Of a DNA stretch of 64,000 bases, positions 25,562-38,339 are shown piece by piece (position 1 is the stretch's first letter; every line of letters begins with the position of its first letter). The position numbers and the translations under genes are program-made. The stretch spans positions 43,958,001 through 44,022,000 of the forward strand of contig CM059434.1 of the NCBI GenBank assembly GCA_030390025.1. The letters run 5' to 3'. The notes under the pieces were generated by a model that saw only the letters and a program-made list of their open reading frames with translations, ran no database searches and was not told the origin of the DNA. This DNA comes from Squalus acanthias. Lineage: Eukaryota.

Positions 25562-28339
25562 ATCAAAACGGATATCCTATTTCTTCCGAGTTTAAGTTGT
25601 GGTTTTTCTGCTCCGTCTTGTAAGTCACAGACCTTCCTTGATGATAACAGCAGCATATCATTTCTCTCGCACTGTGACAGCACTCTGTGATGCTGCTGGC
25701 CACTGAACACACACACGATCCCTAGCCTGGCTGCAACGACTGTGTGTGTGTCTTTTTCACAAATTAACTTTTATTTAATGTACAGAAAAGAAAGTTAACC
25801 AGATGAAGAGAGAGCACCTTTTGTCTTCCTTTGTTTTAGAGGTGGGAGGCAGGAGGGCCTGCAAAGGGTATTGGAGTATTTGTACCCCACTTTGCGATGG
25901 TTTGTGATGTTGGGTCAGATGTCAGGAACAGTATTTTTTTTATTTTAATTACAAAATGATTCCAAATATGTCAAAAAGATCACAATGAAAAATGAACTTT
26001 ACTTCTTAAATGTAAAATAACTTTAATTTTCTTTTCAGTATTCAACAAATACTCCCCCAAAAGCACGGGTGTCAATGAAATACAGGCAAATGGGTGAGAG
26101 CTGGCACATAGAACTGCACTCGACCGATTGGAACAAAAAGCACTGCTTGTAAAGCCAAGTTATTTAAATAAGAATACTGTAGCACTGAAAGTCTATTCAA
26201 AACCATTAACAATTTAAACTTTCTTCCAAACAAGATATAGAAGACGCTCTCTAACATTTTAATCTCAATGCTCCATCCTTCCTTTGATTAAAGCAGAAAT
26301 AGGAGAACCTCTAAACTACAATTAAAAATCAGACACAATTTTGTATACATTTGATACAGCAAATTATGAATGCAAAAAGTTCAAGAAGCTTTCAACTCCC
26401 TTCTGTATTATTGTGTTGCGGAGCAGGTAGCCAATGAGACATTTCAACAAATGGCCTCTTTTTGTGCTGTATGATTATGAATCTATGGTAAATGATTTGC
26501 AGTGATTGAAGGGAAATCTCACTCATCTAAACATTAAGCAGCATCAATAAAAAAGTCCTTGCAGTGATACAATGGTCAGGAACTATCCACATCGCCAGAC
26601 TCCTACTCCTAAAGCACTTTTACAGTTCCTATATCCCACTGTTCCAGTACAGCGAGCATGTCCCCTGAGTGCCACTCTCTTCCTTTCACTTTTCAGTCAG
26701 GTACTGGTTATGCTGGATTCTGTTGTGTAATGTGGAGACCCAATTGCATAATAGAGCCTAAATGCAGCAATGGGCTCCTGGTGATTACATTAGTGCAACC
26801 ACCTCCCTTAACCAGACGGCGCATTTATAGATCCACCATGTTGTGGTCTACGATGCTGTCATTTTCTGAGCCATCTACTGTATATAGGCATTTATACGGA
26901 GGGCGACCTGGGAAACTGCACTCCTGTAATGTAAAAGCACTTGTAGAAAATGTGCCAGGGGAGGTAAAATTCCTCCTCACAACTATTGTAGTGAAAAAGC
27001 CATCACAAGTACAAAATGGGTAACGTCATTCTGCAATTGCTTTCCCAAAATTAACAGGAGAAATTTTATCCTAGGTTTCTCGAATATATCTTGATATCCT
27101 TAAAAAATAAGTGCTTATTCAAAGTATCACAAACTTCATTTACACTGTCTGATTTTTTAACATCACATTGTTTTAGGTTTTGGTGCTTCTCAAGATGAGG
27201 ATGTCAGTGCTGGAAAATGGAAAGTTTTCCATTTTTTTTACCTCTAATGTCAGCCTCTAGAACTCCCCGGGCATGATTCAGATTTGAATAAACCTCTCAC
27301 CACCCCAGCTCATTAATGTAAGTTAACCCTCAAACTCCAGCCAGACAACCAATACTCATTTCAAATAGGACGTATACACCCAGCAGAGAGGAGACTTTCA
27401 TTCGAACAATCCAAACCAGTTCCCAGAAGGTAAAAGGGTACTGCACTATCCATTGAACCACCCAAAGCCTCTTTTTGAAAGGCCTTAATGGAATAGTACT
27501 CAAACAAATCAAATAATTTTATCCAGAAACATTACTAAAGCAGTGTTAGATTCCCTGCATGTTTCATGCAGCTTTTTTGACATTTTAAACTCTCAGCACC
27601 ACTTATACCAATTGTAATGTTAAGCAGATGCTGTTCCTTTCCCAGATAATGTGAAAATTCTGTACTTTGATAAAACATTAATTTACTTCTCAAATACAAT
27701 TTAATTTGTGCCAAAACTCTAAATGCATGGAAGTAGTTACACGGAGTTAATTTGAATTTTAATTGTTTTGAAATTCAGGCTACGTAGCACAATGACACGA
27801 AAAAAGGATAAGCTTTTATCACCACACAGTGATTGATTAATACATACATACTGTAAAAGCTTATAATCCTACTTGGGCCATTCATTATACAACAATTAGT
27901 CATGTCACAGGAATTGAGAGGCTCTTACCTCCCAGCTCTATTAGTAGCTGCTGAGAAGTCACATTCCTGCAGGGAGATTGGAACTGCAGGCTATCTTAGG
28001 GGAGGGAGTGCCCTGATGTATATCAATATAACAAGTCTTTTTTTTAAGTAAAGAATTATTTGTAGCTTATGGTAGAAATGCAATTGCATACTTCTGTCTA
28101 AAGCATTTACCCAGTAAAATTGACACAATCTGACATTTTAACACATATCTAGGTAACTGCTGTTAACATGAGGTTGAGTGTCCTGTCTCCCTGTGGCAAC
28201 ATTCAGCTTCAAATTGGTTGCGAGCTGGTTAGAGCCAGGAGATGTTCCTTTACTGTAGCCAGTGATATGACTCATTTACAATTGGTGCCATAACATCGCT
28301 AAGTTGGTGCAGTATCCACACCCCCCCCCACCCCACTCC

Positions 28340-28718
28340 ACCCTTCTACTCCTAAAGGCAGGCAGGTATAGTGCCACAGGCACCACCAGTCTGTCACCCA
28401 AGTAGTCATCCGTCATGCCTAAGAATAGCGAGTGAGATTTGACTGGCTATTTGACCACAGGGGCCATCCCAGTCAAGCCCTCACCTGACATCCAGAGGCA
28501 CTTACTTTCCAGCAGTCGTGACCGGATAATGATTAGGAGTGGGAATCCCGGCTAATTTTCTTTTCCTCTGCCTGGCCCAAAGACACTGAATCCAATTGCT
28601 GGGTTTATACTCCACCCTGGCTGTGATCAGCGAGGCTAGGGATCAAATCTGGGACCTCCTTGATTTGTGCGGCTCAACTCCGCCCTGAGCAGTAGATTTA
28701 CTAACTGAGCCATCAGGA
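28340..28718 (-). mobile_element. Family X SINE copy
   Basis: Minus-strand head cctgatggctcagttagtaaatc, ggtcccagatttgatccc B-box-like, body in reverse. Confidence 0.65.
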
Positions 28719-28779
28719 CAGCCAGTATAAAAGCTTTTAATAAAACAATGTGAAAGTAGCAGGAAGGAGTTTTACATCG

Positions 28780-28965
28780 AATTACACAGTAATTTACAGC
28801 ACAGAAACAGTCCATTTGGTCCTACAGTTCTGTGCCGTGCTTATGCTCAACATGAGCCTCCTCCCCCCTTTACTTCATCTCACCCTATCAACATATGCTT
28901 CTATTCCTTTCTCCCTTATGTACTTCTCTAGCTTGCCCTTAAATGCATCGATGCTATTTGCCTCA
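28780..28965 (-). mobile_element. CR1 3' tail fragment
   Basis: acagcacagaaacagtccatttggtcctacag...ttcatctcaccctatcaacatatgcttctattcctttctccc...tctagcttgcccttaaatgcatc is the reverse of a CR1 3' UTR. Confidence 0.65.
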
Positions 28966-29927
28966 ATGTTTGTTTGGCATTCTCTTTATCATCTGTACAT
29001 CATTGTTCAACAGCATCTAAAATGGAAAGTCTCCATTCAGCAGCCACTGTCAGGGGCACCACTGGCTCAAGCCAAAAGTTACATTTTCTTTGCCAGGATC
29101 CTGGAGATTGAGGAGCCACAGCATTACTGTGCTGTTTTTGTAATACTCTCTTCCTTGCATAAAAATCAAATAATTTCACACTGAATCGCTGCCACCTGTT
29201 TTGTATAGTAAAAAGTAAAACATTTTTCTGGCAGCCTACCCAGCCAGGCTTTAGAGTATTTACTTGGTAGCTTCATTCACCCAGTGGAAAGACTGTCCAC
29301 ACATTGTCAATCATACTTTATTAGTCAACTGTAACACTCCAAATGCCATGCTGACACATTTTATGTGGATGAGCTCTTTTCAGAGATAGAAAAATGAATG
29401 TACCCAACAATAAGAAGCAAGCACCATGTCAAATTTTCGTGGAAACCATATACATGGCCATTATTTCAGCTGCATGACTCAAGTTAAGCAGCAGTTCCCA
29501 TAACAAGAAACCATTTTCAGCTAAAAAGGGGTCTTCTCCGCAATCTGCTTGAATGATTGTTGCCGCTTGTCATTGTTACTCAATACTGATACATCAGTAC
29601 CAAGAACTGTTTACAGTATCTGCTCAGACAATTTTTGTACAATGTTGTCAAATCAACAATGTGATTGTAAAGGAGACCAACAAATGGGTTATGACTGAGA
29701 AGTGAGCGACAGTATAAAATATACAGTAAGCAAAAAATAGACTTACACCATGGGGGAGTAGGGCTGCTGCCACAATGGTTGTTAAGATGATCACATATTT
29801 AGGAGGTTTGTGCTGTTGATTTAGGTTCATTATGGATACATGCAATAGAGTTTTCAGTATTATCTACAATAGTACAGTACAAAAAGAAATATAAAATATA
29901 TCTCCAGATGAGTCTCAGTGTTGTGTG

Positions 29928-30085
29928 CATTACCTATATGCATACAGGTCTAGGAATGTTACATGCAGTACCTATACACTGTAGGTCTAGCAGTGTTACA
30001 TGCATTATCTATACCTCTACAGGTCTAGCAGTGTTACATGCCTTATCTCTATGCATATGGGTCTAGCAATGCTATAAGTATTATA
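29928..30085 (+). repeat. Degenerate tandem repeat, about 4 x 37-38 bp
   Basis: ggtctag at 29947, 29984, 30022 and 30060, each followed by cagtgttacatgca-like sequence. Confidence 0.75.
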
Positions 30086-30132
30086 CCCAATTAGGTCTTA
30101 TGAATTATCATTTGTCCCCATTTTTGTTTGAA

Positions 30133-30542
30133 GTGTCAGCTTGGTCCAATGGTAGCATTTCCTCCTCTGAACCAGAAGATTATGGGCTCAAGCCCAACTC
30201 CAAGACTTGAGTACATAATCTAGGCTGACACTTCAGTACAGTACTGAAGGAGTGCTGCAATGTCAGAGGTGCCGTCTTTCAAATGAGATTTTAAACTGCC
30301 CCATGTTTCGCATTCACGTGGACGTAAAAGATCCCATGGCACTACTGAAAGAACCAGCACCACCATTAACTGTCATTCAGCTCACTTCATGGTTTATAGG
30401 ACCTCGTTGTATGTAAATTAGCTGCCATCTCTCTGCCTACATAACAACAATGACAACACTTCAAAAGTAATTCATTGGCTGCGATGCTCTTTGGGACATT
30501 GAGGCCATAAAAGATGCTTACATGAAAAAAGGTTTTTCTTTC
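30133..30542 (+). mobile_element. DeuSINE (SacSINE1-like), near full length
   Basis: tRNA-like head, ggtgccgtctttc, gtggacgtaaaagatcccatggcacta, cttcaaaagtaattcattggctg tail. Confidence 0.8.
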
Positions 30543-31501
30543 TATACCCACTAGCAAATTTCTCAGGGGACAAGTTTTCAGGTGCAGGATTTGAAGGCGG
30601 GGCTAATTGGACCAGGGTGCACAGATATAATTCAGTCTCCATTTTGAAGTCATACTTTCTGTCCTTATATTGAAAGAATACTTTGATTTTATGTTATTGT
30701 TTACTGTAAAGTAGCAAAACGTCGGTCAATTTGGGAAGCAGAGAAGTAGAGTTGGCGGAGGAAAAAAGTTTCTCTGCAGTATAGACCGAGGAGCTGGGAG
30801 ATGCAAAACTGAGGCGCTACAGCGCTGGCACTGGCAGGAGGGTGTAATTACACTGTAACAAGTTTATGTTGGCAGTTTCCATTATAAATGTGAACGTAGG
30901 AACTCATAATGGAAAGAGCTGACACAAGGTGTGACGAAGATTTGACAACAGGAAGTAAGGTTTTGTAGACAGGTATTGTGCTCAGATGTAAGATTTTGAA
31001 TGTGTATTACTAGTTGATCTCCTGTGACATTGCACAGAGGGAATCAAATCCTTGTGTAGTTTTCGGGCAAAGCGAGGTTAGAGGCCAGAGGATAACTGAA
31101 CCAGGGCATACAGACATAATTCAGTCTCCACTTTAAAGTCATACACTGCCCTTATTTTTGTATGTTACCATTGAGGGTGCTGCAATACTTCCACTGGTGG
31201 AAGGGTGTCATTACAGTGTGACAATTTACATAGGTAGTTTCCATTATAAACCTAAACATAGGAATTTTATCAACAGTTGACAAGAAGTGTGCACAGATGT
31301 AAAATTTTTCATTCTAGATAAATATTGATGAGGCAGCATTATATATATACATATTTATAATACTCCTAGAAGTTTAGCAGAGCTATATCCTATACTCATA
31401 CAGACCTAGTAGTGTTCCAGTATTATCTACACCCCAACAAGTTTAGTAGCACAAGATGTATTATCTATTCAAGTCCAATAGATTTATTATTAGCATATTC
31501 A

Positions 31502-31603
31502 AAAGAAAGAACTTGCATTTATGTAGCATCTTTCACAATTTCAGGTGGTCCCAAAGGACTTTACAGCCAATTAAGAAATAAAGAAAGAAAGAATTGCATT
31601 TAT
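31502..31603 (-). mobile_element. Two adjacent DeuSINE/L2-type tail fragments
   Basis: aaagaaagaacttgcatttatgtagc...tttacagccaat, followed by a second aaagaaagaaagaattgcatttata that abuts the CR1 5' junction. Confidence 0.65.
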
Positions 31604-33431
31604 ACTTCACCTGAACCGTGCTGGGACCAGTGTTCTGGCGAGTCGTATAACTAGGGCGGTAGAGAGGGCTTTAAACTAAATAGTGGGGACAAGGGGTCAA
31701 ATTTGGGAAGATGTGGTAAATCAAAGAGTAGAGACAAGGCAAGAGAGAAAGGTATTAATATGGGAAATGATAAACAGACCGTGACAGGAAGGGATAGAGA
31801 GTACAAATCTAAGAGTAAATCAACAGATAAGGCTAGAGGTTACAAAAATAATAAAAGGACAAAACTAAAGGCTCTGCATCTGAATGCACGTAGCATTCGA
31901 AACAAAACAGATGAACTGATAGCACAAATAGAAATAAATAAGTACGATCTGATAGCCATTACAGAAACATGGCTGCAGGATGACATAGATTAGGACCTGA
32001 ATATTGAAGGGTACATGACATTTAGGAAGGACAGGAAGCTAGGAAAAGGTGGAGGGGTGGCTCTGTTAATTAATGATGATATTAGCACAATAGAGAGGGA
32101 TGACCTAAGTTCAGGAAACTAGGATGTAGAAGCGGGTTGGGTAGAGATGAGAAATGATAAAGGCAAGAAGTCACTTGTGGGAGTGGTGTACAGGCCCCCT
32201 AACAGTAACCACATGGTAGGATGGAGTATAAAGGAAGAAATAATGGGAACTTGTCAGAAAGGTACGGCAATAATCATGGGGGATTTCAATCTACATATAG
32301 ACTGGAAAAATCAGATGGGCAAAGGTAGCCTAGATGAGGAGTTCATAGAATGTTTTCAGGATAGTTTCTTAGAACTGCACGGTCTGGAGCCAACCAGAGA
32401 GCAGGCTATAGTAGACCTGGTATTGTGCAACGAGGTAGGATTAATTAATGACCTCATAGTGAAGGCGCCCCTAGGTAGCAGCGATCATAATATGATTGAA
32501 TTTTACATTCAGTTTGAGGAGAGAAGAGTGGGTCCAAGACTAGTATTTTGAACTTAAATAAGGGCAATTATGAGGGCATGAAAGCAGAGCTAGCTAAAGT
32601 GAACTGGCAAATTAGGTTAAGGGATAGGTCAATAGAGTTGCAGTGGCAGACATTTAAGGAGATATTTCAGAATACACAGAATATATACATTCCAACGAGA
32701 AAGAAAAATTCCAAGGGGAGGACCCACCATCCGTGGTTAACTAAAAAAGTTAAAGATAGTATCAAACTTAAAGAAAAAGCATATAATTGCGCAAAGATGG
32801 GTGGCAGGTCAGAAGATTGGACAGAATATAAAAAACAGCAAAGAATGACTAAAAGATTAATAAGGAGAGAAAAGTTAGAGTACGAGAGAAAGCTAGCTAG
32901 AAATATAAAAACAGATAGTAAGAGTTTCTATCGATATTTAAAAAAGAAAAGAGTTAACAAAGTGAGCATTGGTCCTATAGAAAGTGAGTCTGGGGAGTTA
33001 ATAATGGAAAATAAGGAGATGGCAGTTGAATTGAACAGGTATTTTGCATCGGTCTTCACTATAGAGGATACAAGTAACATCCCAGAAATAGCTGTAAATC
33101 AGGAAATGGAAGGGAGGGAGGAACTCAAGAAAATTACAATCACCAGGGAAGTGGTACGGAGCAAATTGTTGGAGCTGCGGGCTGACAGGTCCCCGGGTCC
33201 TGATGGACTTCATCCTAGGGTCTTAAAAGTAGTGGCTAGTGAGATAGTTGATGCGTTGGTTTTAATTTTCCAAAATTCCCTAGATTCGGGGAAGGTTCCA
33301 TTAGATTGGAAAATAGCAAATGCAACTCCTTTATTCAAAAAGGGAGGGAGACAGAAAGCAGGAAACTACAGGCCAGTTAGCTTAACATCTATCATAGGGA
33401 AGATGATAGAAGCTATTATTAAAGACATTAT

Positions 33432-33651
33432 GATGCGGAGATGCCGGTGTTGGACTGGGGTGGACAAAAGTGAGAAGTCGCACAACACCAGGTTATAGTC
33501 CAACAGCTTTATTTGAAATCACAAGCTTTCGGAGCGCTGCTCCTTCGTCAGGTGAATTCTTCACTTCACCTGACGAAGGAGCAGCGCTCCAAAAACCTGT
33601 GATTTCAAATAAAGCTGTTGGACTATAACCTGGTGTTGTGCGACTTCTCAC
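33432..33651. mobile_element. 220-bp Penelope-like foldback insertion inside the CR1 RT
   Basis: Perfect 12-bp TSD TAAAGACATTAT (33420-33431, 33652-33663). 87-bp inverted arms 33470-33556 / 33565-33651 with 3 mismatches. Confidence 0.85.
33519..33555 (-). ncRNA. Minimal (type I, PLE-style) hammerhead ribozyme motif
   Basis: Minus strand reads TCAC-CTGACGA-A-GGAGC-AGC-GCTCC-GAAA-GCTT-GTGA. Stem I TCAC/GTGA, core CUGANGA and GAAA, 5-bp stem II, palindromic AAGCTT in place of stem III, putative CUU cleavage triplet. Confidence 0.65.
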
Positions 33652-34893
33652 TAAAGACATTATAGCAGGGCACTTAGAAAAGTTCAAGGTAATCAGGCAG
33701 AGTCAACATGGTTTTGTGAAAGGGAAATCATGTTTAACCAATTTATTGGAGTTCTTTGAGGAAGTAACATGTGCTGTGGATAAAGGGGAACCGGTGGATG
33801 TACTGTACTTAGATTTCCAGAAGGCATTTGATAAGGTGTCATATCAAAGGTTATTGCAAAAAATAAAAGCTCATGGTGTAGGGGGTAACATATTGGCATG
33901 GATAGAAGATTGGCTAGCTAACAGGAAACAGAGAGTAGGCATAAATGGGTCATTTTCTGGTTAGCAAGATGTAACGAGTGGTGTGCCACAGGGATCAGTG
34001 CCGGGGCCTCAACTTTTTACAATTTATATAAATGACTTGGATGAAGGGACCGAAGGTATGGTTGCTAAATTTTCAGATGACACAAAGATAGGTAGGAAAG
34101 TAAATTGTGAAAAGGACATAAGGAGGCTACAAAGGGATATATATAGGTTAAGTGAGTGGGCAAAGATCTGGCAAATGGAGTATAATGTGGGAAAATGTGA
34201 AATTGTCCATTTTGGCAGGAAGAATAAAAAAGAAGCATATTATCTAAATGGCGAGAGATTGCAGAGCTCTGAGATGCAGAGGGATCTGGGTGTCCTAGTG
34301 CATGAATTGCAAAAAGTTAGTATGCAGGTACAGCAAGTAATTAGGAAAGCTAATAGAATTTTATCGTTTATTGCGAGGAGAATTGAATATAAAAGTAGGG
34401 AGATTATGCTTTAGTTATACAGGGCATTGGTGAGACCACATCTGGAGTACTATGTACAGTTTTGGTCTCCTTATTTAAGGATGTAAATGCGTTGGAAGCA
34501 GTTCAGAGAAGGTTTACTAGACTAATACCTGGAATGGGCGGGTTGTCTTATGAGGAAAGATTGGACAGGCTAGGCTTGTATCCACTGGAGTTTAGAAGAA
34601 TAAGAGGTGACTTGATTGAAACATATAAGATCCTGAGGGGTCTGAACAGGGTGGATGTGGAGAGGATGTTTCCTCTTGTGGGAGAATCTAGAACTAGGGG
34701 TCACTGTTTAAAAATAAGGGGTCGCCCATTTAAGACAGAGATGAGGAGAAATTTTTTCTCAGAGAGTCGTGAGTCTTTGGAACTCTCTTCCTCAGAGGGC
34801 GGTGGAAGCAGAGTCTTTGAATATTTTTAAGGCAGAGGTAGATAGATTCTTGATAAGTAAGGGGGTGAAAGGTTATCAGGGGTAGGCGGGAAT

Positions 34894-35225
34894 GTGGCAG
34901 CCAATTTGCAGACAGCAAGCTCCCACAAACAGCAATGTGATAATGACCAGAAAATCTGTTTTTTAGTTATGTCGGTTGAGGGATAAATATTAGCCAGGCC
35001 ACCAGGGAGAACTCCCCTGCATTTCTCCTAAATAGTGCCATGGGATCTTTTACGTTCACCTAAGAGGGCTTCAGTTTAACATCTCATCTGAAAGATGCCA
35101 CCTCCGATAGTGTAGCGCTCCCTGAAGTGTCAGCCTAGACTTTGTGCTCAAGTCTCTGGAGTGGGACCTGAGTGCACAACCTCCTGGCTCAGAGGCGAGA
35201 GTGTTCCCACTGAGTCAAGGCCAAC
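34894..35225 (-). mobile_element. DeuSINE (SacSINE1-like), head and body
   Basis: gtggcagccaatttgc...cagcaatgtgataatgaccag...aatagtgccatgggatctttta...ctcaagtctctggagtggga...cccactgagtcaagg. Confidence 0.85.
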
Positions 35226-37169
35226 ACTTAATTCTGCATGTCTTATAATATCATTAAATATCTTAGTAGCTCCAAAATGTCGAGCTCTGCTTTTTATCAA
35301 ACTTAGAGGATGGTGTTGGTACACTGCTGCAGACAACATGTAATTAGTGTGTCTAATAAAGAGACACATTTTGGATATGTAAATTACAATTCAAAATGAG
35401 ATATTCCTGCAGAAATTAGAAACTGTAGGTCTTAACTTTACAACAGCTGAGAACATATAACTGTGGCTTTAGAATATCATATTGATGAACTATGCTAGTT
35501 CGTCCCAATTTATTTATACAAATTTAATGGTGAACTATACTTTCCCCATAACTGGAGACTTGCAAGTCATATCTTTATGAAGATCTAGATACAGTAACCA
35601 CTGCAGTAGGTTTAGTCAGTGGTATAGTGTAGCTTAATCTAAAAAAGTCCTTCAGCCCTTTACAAACCACAGTTTATTAAATGCTACTTTTTTCTGCACA
35701 TTACTATTTCACACTGCCAGAATCTTGCTTAAATTCTTATATTAATAAACGCATATCATTTTTTCATAAAATATTGTATGTGAGCAATATTATTTTATTT
35801 TAATAGTATATGAAGGAAGCTTCATTTTCAGGGGTGGGGGGTTGTTAAAGCTTCTCGGACTATTTTACTTAAATAAGTTAAACCCAAGTGAAAATCTTGG
35901 AGGAGGAAGAGAATGAATGTTGACCCTTCCTAATTAAAATCAATGTTATAGTGTTACAAACATGCATTTAATTTTTTTCAACTTTACATTTTTTTTTTGC
36001 TGACTAATTTTCGCAGTAATTCCTGGCTTTATACTCACAGCATTAATTTTGATATTCCAAATCAGTTTCCATTTTTATTGGTGCACTGAACAAGAGAGGA
36101 AAGAAAAGACCAGACCAAGCGTTGTCTTCACAGCTGAAGGAGACGATCAGAATCAAATCCCATCAGATGAACAAAGCTCACCAGGTTTGGAGAAATGATG
36201 TGGCTTGGCAAACTAATTGGTTAAAAATTAATTAAGCATCATTTTACAATCTAGGGATTTATCAGTTAAAAACTGAAACTGAAGAACCTTAACCTTGCTC
36301 CAAGCTGACTTAATGATGTCACTCTGGGATGATTAATTATTTTTAAATAGTTCCTGCCTTTCACACTGGGTTTGACGAGCATGATGTTAAATATTCCATC
36401 ACACCTGCCTTGTATCTCAAAGTGGCTGCCATCAATAACCACAGCAGCCTCCTTGATCATTGTTAAGTACTTTAAGAAGTTTAGCATTTAGAGGGTGCCA
36501 ACCATTGCGAAAATAACTTCCACCCTCCCTGGGCAGTAGCATGGCAGGAAGAGTTACAAGCAGTGGAAACTACAAGTACTACACTGGCATTACTCTGCCC
36601 CATTACAGAACTTATCCTCCCTCCTTTTGCTTAGAATCAAATTGTCAAAGACTTTTGCAAACGTATTTTAAAGAGTATGTACTTTACATGAGTAATAGTA
36701 TAGTTACTACACTTTTCCTTCATTCCAACAATGCTGTCGAATTCTATACTTCACTCTGGCTGCAGCGGGATTGCATTTGGCTTTGTGTGTTCTTTCCTCA
36801 TTAATTGCTTTTGACACATTCAAACTAACTTAAAAAAGTAGGTAGGAACCTATAGAATCATTTTGTCTGACTTTACGACATTTCATTTGTGCCTGTGCTA
36901 TTAACTATTTCCCAGCTCAACTGAGCTGGAAAGATTCCAAAATGTTGGTTAAAAAAAAAGATTTTCTGTTATACAGATTTTACATATACTTCTGTATAAT
37001 TTGTTGAAGCCACAATGGCCTATTCGGGCCACGCTCCGAACCTGACGAATGGACAATTTGACTTGTTGATCATTCCCATCAGATCCTCAGGACTGCTCAT
37101 CGCTGATCCCAAAAAGAAAAACAATTCCTTCCTTGTCTCCTGGAGATGGTAGCTCCTGCTGCAGCATGT

Positions 37170-38047
37170 ACCACAAACTACTTGTCTGACATCCAGAGCT
37201 GGATGAGCAGAAATTTCCTCCAACTAAATATTGGGAAGACCAAAGCCATTGTCTTCAGTCCCCGCCACAAACTCCGTTCCCAAGACACCGACTCCATCCC
37301 TCTCCCTGGCAACTGTCTGAGGCTGAACCAGACTGTTCGCAACCTTGGTGCCGTATTTGACCCAGAGGTAAGCTTCTGACCATATATCCGCACCATCACC
37401 ATCACTCCCTACTTCCACCTCCGTAACATTGCTCAACTCCACCCCTGCCTCAGCTCATCTGCTGCTGAAACTCTCATCCATGCCTTTGTTACTGCTAAAC
37501 TTGATTATTCCAACACACTCCTGTTTGGCCTCCCATTTTCCGCCCTTCATAAAATTAAACTCATCCAAAACTCAGCTGCCTGTATCCTAACTCGCACAAA
37601 GTCCTGTTCACCCATCACCCCTGTGCTCTCTGACCTATATTGGCTCTCAGTTGAGCAACACCTCGATCTTAAAATTCTCATCCTTGAGTTCAAATCCCTC
37701 CATGCCCTCAGCCCTCCCTATGTAACCTCCTCCAGCGTTACAACCCTCTAAGATATCTGCGCACCTCCAATTCTGGCCTCTTGAGCTTCCCCGATTTCAA
37801 TCGCTCTACAATTGATGGCCATGCCTTCAGCTGCCAAGAATCTATGCTCTGGAATTCCGTCCCTAAATCTCTCTGCCTCTCTCTCTATTCTCCTTTAAGA
37901 CCCTACTTAAAACTTACCTCTTATCTGCCCTAATATCTCCTTATGTGGCCCAGTGTCAAATTTTGTTTGATAACACTCCTGTGAAGTGCCTTGATACATT
38001 TTACTACGTTAAAGGTGCTATATAAATGCAAGTTGTTGTTGTTTGTT
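37170..38047 (+). mobile_element. L2 LINE, 5'-truncated 3' portion
   Basis: LSDIQSWMSRNFLQLNIGKTK and AETLIHAFVT peptides. Tail aaaggtgctatataaatgcaagt(tgt)n. Confidence 0.9.
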
Positions 38048-38339
38048 GTGGGGTGGGGGTGGGGGGGAGCGGGGAGGGATCACAGCTACATCCAATCCTG
38101 CCCAGACCCATCATCCACACATATGCACTTTTCAACAGATGGCAGCCAGCAGTGAGAACTGAAGTTTCTCTGCACTATCTGAGATCGGTTAACTCAGCAC
38201 ATAGTGGGAATTAAACCTGCAATCTTCCTCGTTACTATGACTCACTGGGGAATGAGTTTATCAACCAAGTGAACATCTCTTCAACCCAGCAGGTTTAAAG
38301 CAAGGAGTTCTATAATCTGCAGACACAACAAGTGAGCAG

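Larger units (their letters stand above)
31604..34897 (+). mobile_element. CR1-clade LINE, 5'-truncated, decayed (end of ORF1 + ORF2 APE-RT pseudogene)
   Basis: ORF1 esterase-type end LHLNRAGTSVLASRITRAVERALN*. APE motifs LNARSI, ITETWL, GVVYRPP, MGDFN, SDHN. RT motifs SPGPDG, YRPVSLTS, QHGF.KGKSCLTNL, YLDFQKAFDKV, PQGSV.GP, FSDDTK. Several stops (31991, 33962, 34412), frameshifts, and an insertion at 33432. Confidence 0.95.

Noticed and set aside
33566-33602. Functional hammerhead on the plus strand of the foldback
   Set aside because: GAAAGCTT is mutated to AAAAACCT, destroying the conserved GAAA and the palindrome.
32548-34830. Active or domesticated reverse transcriptase
   Set aside because: Multiple stops and frameshifts, a 220-bp insertion within RT, and a missing 3' tail.
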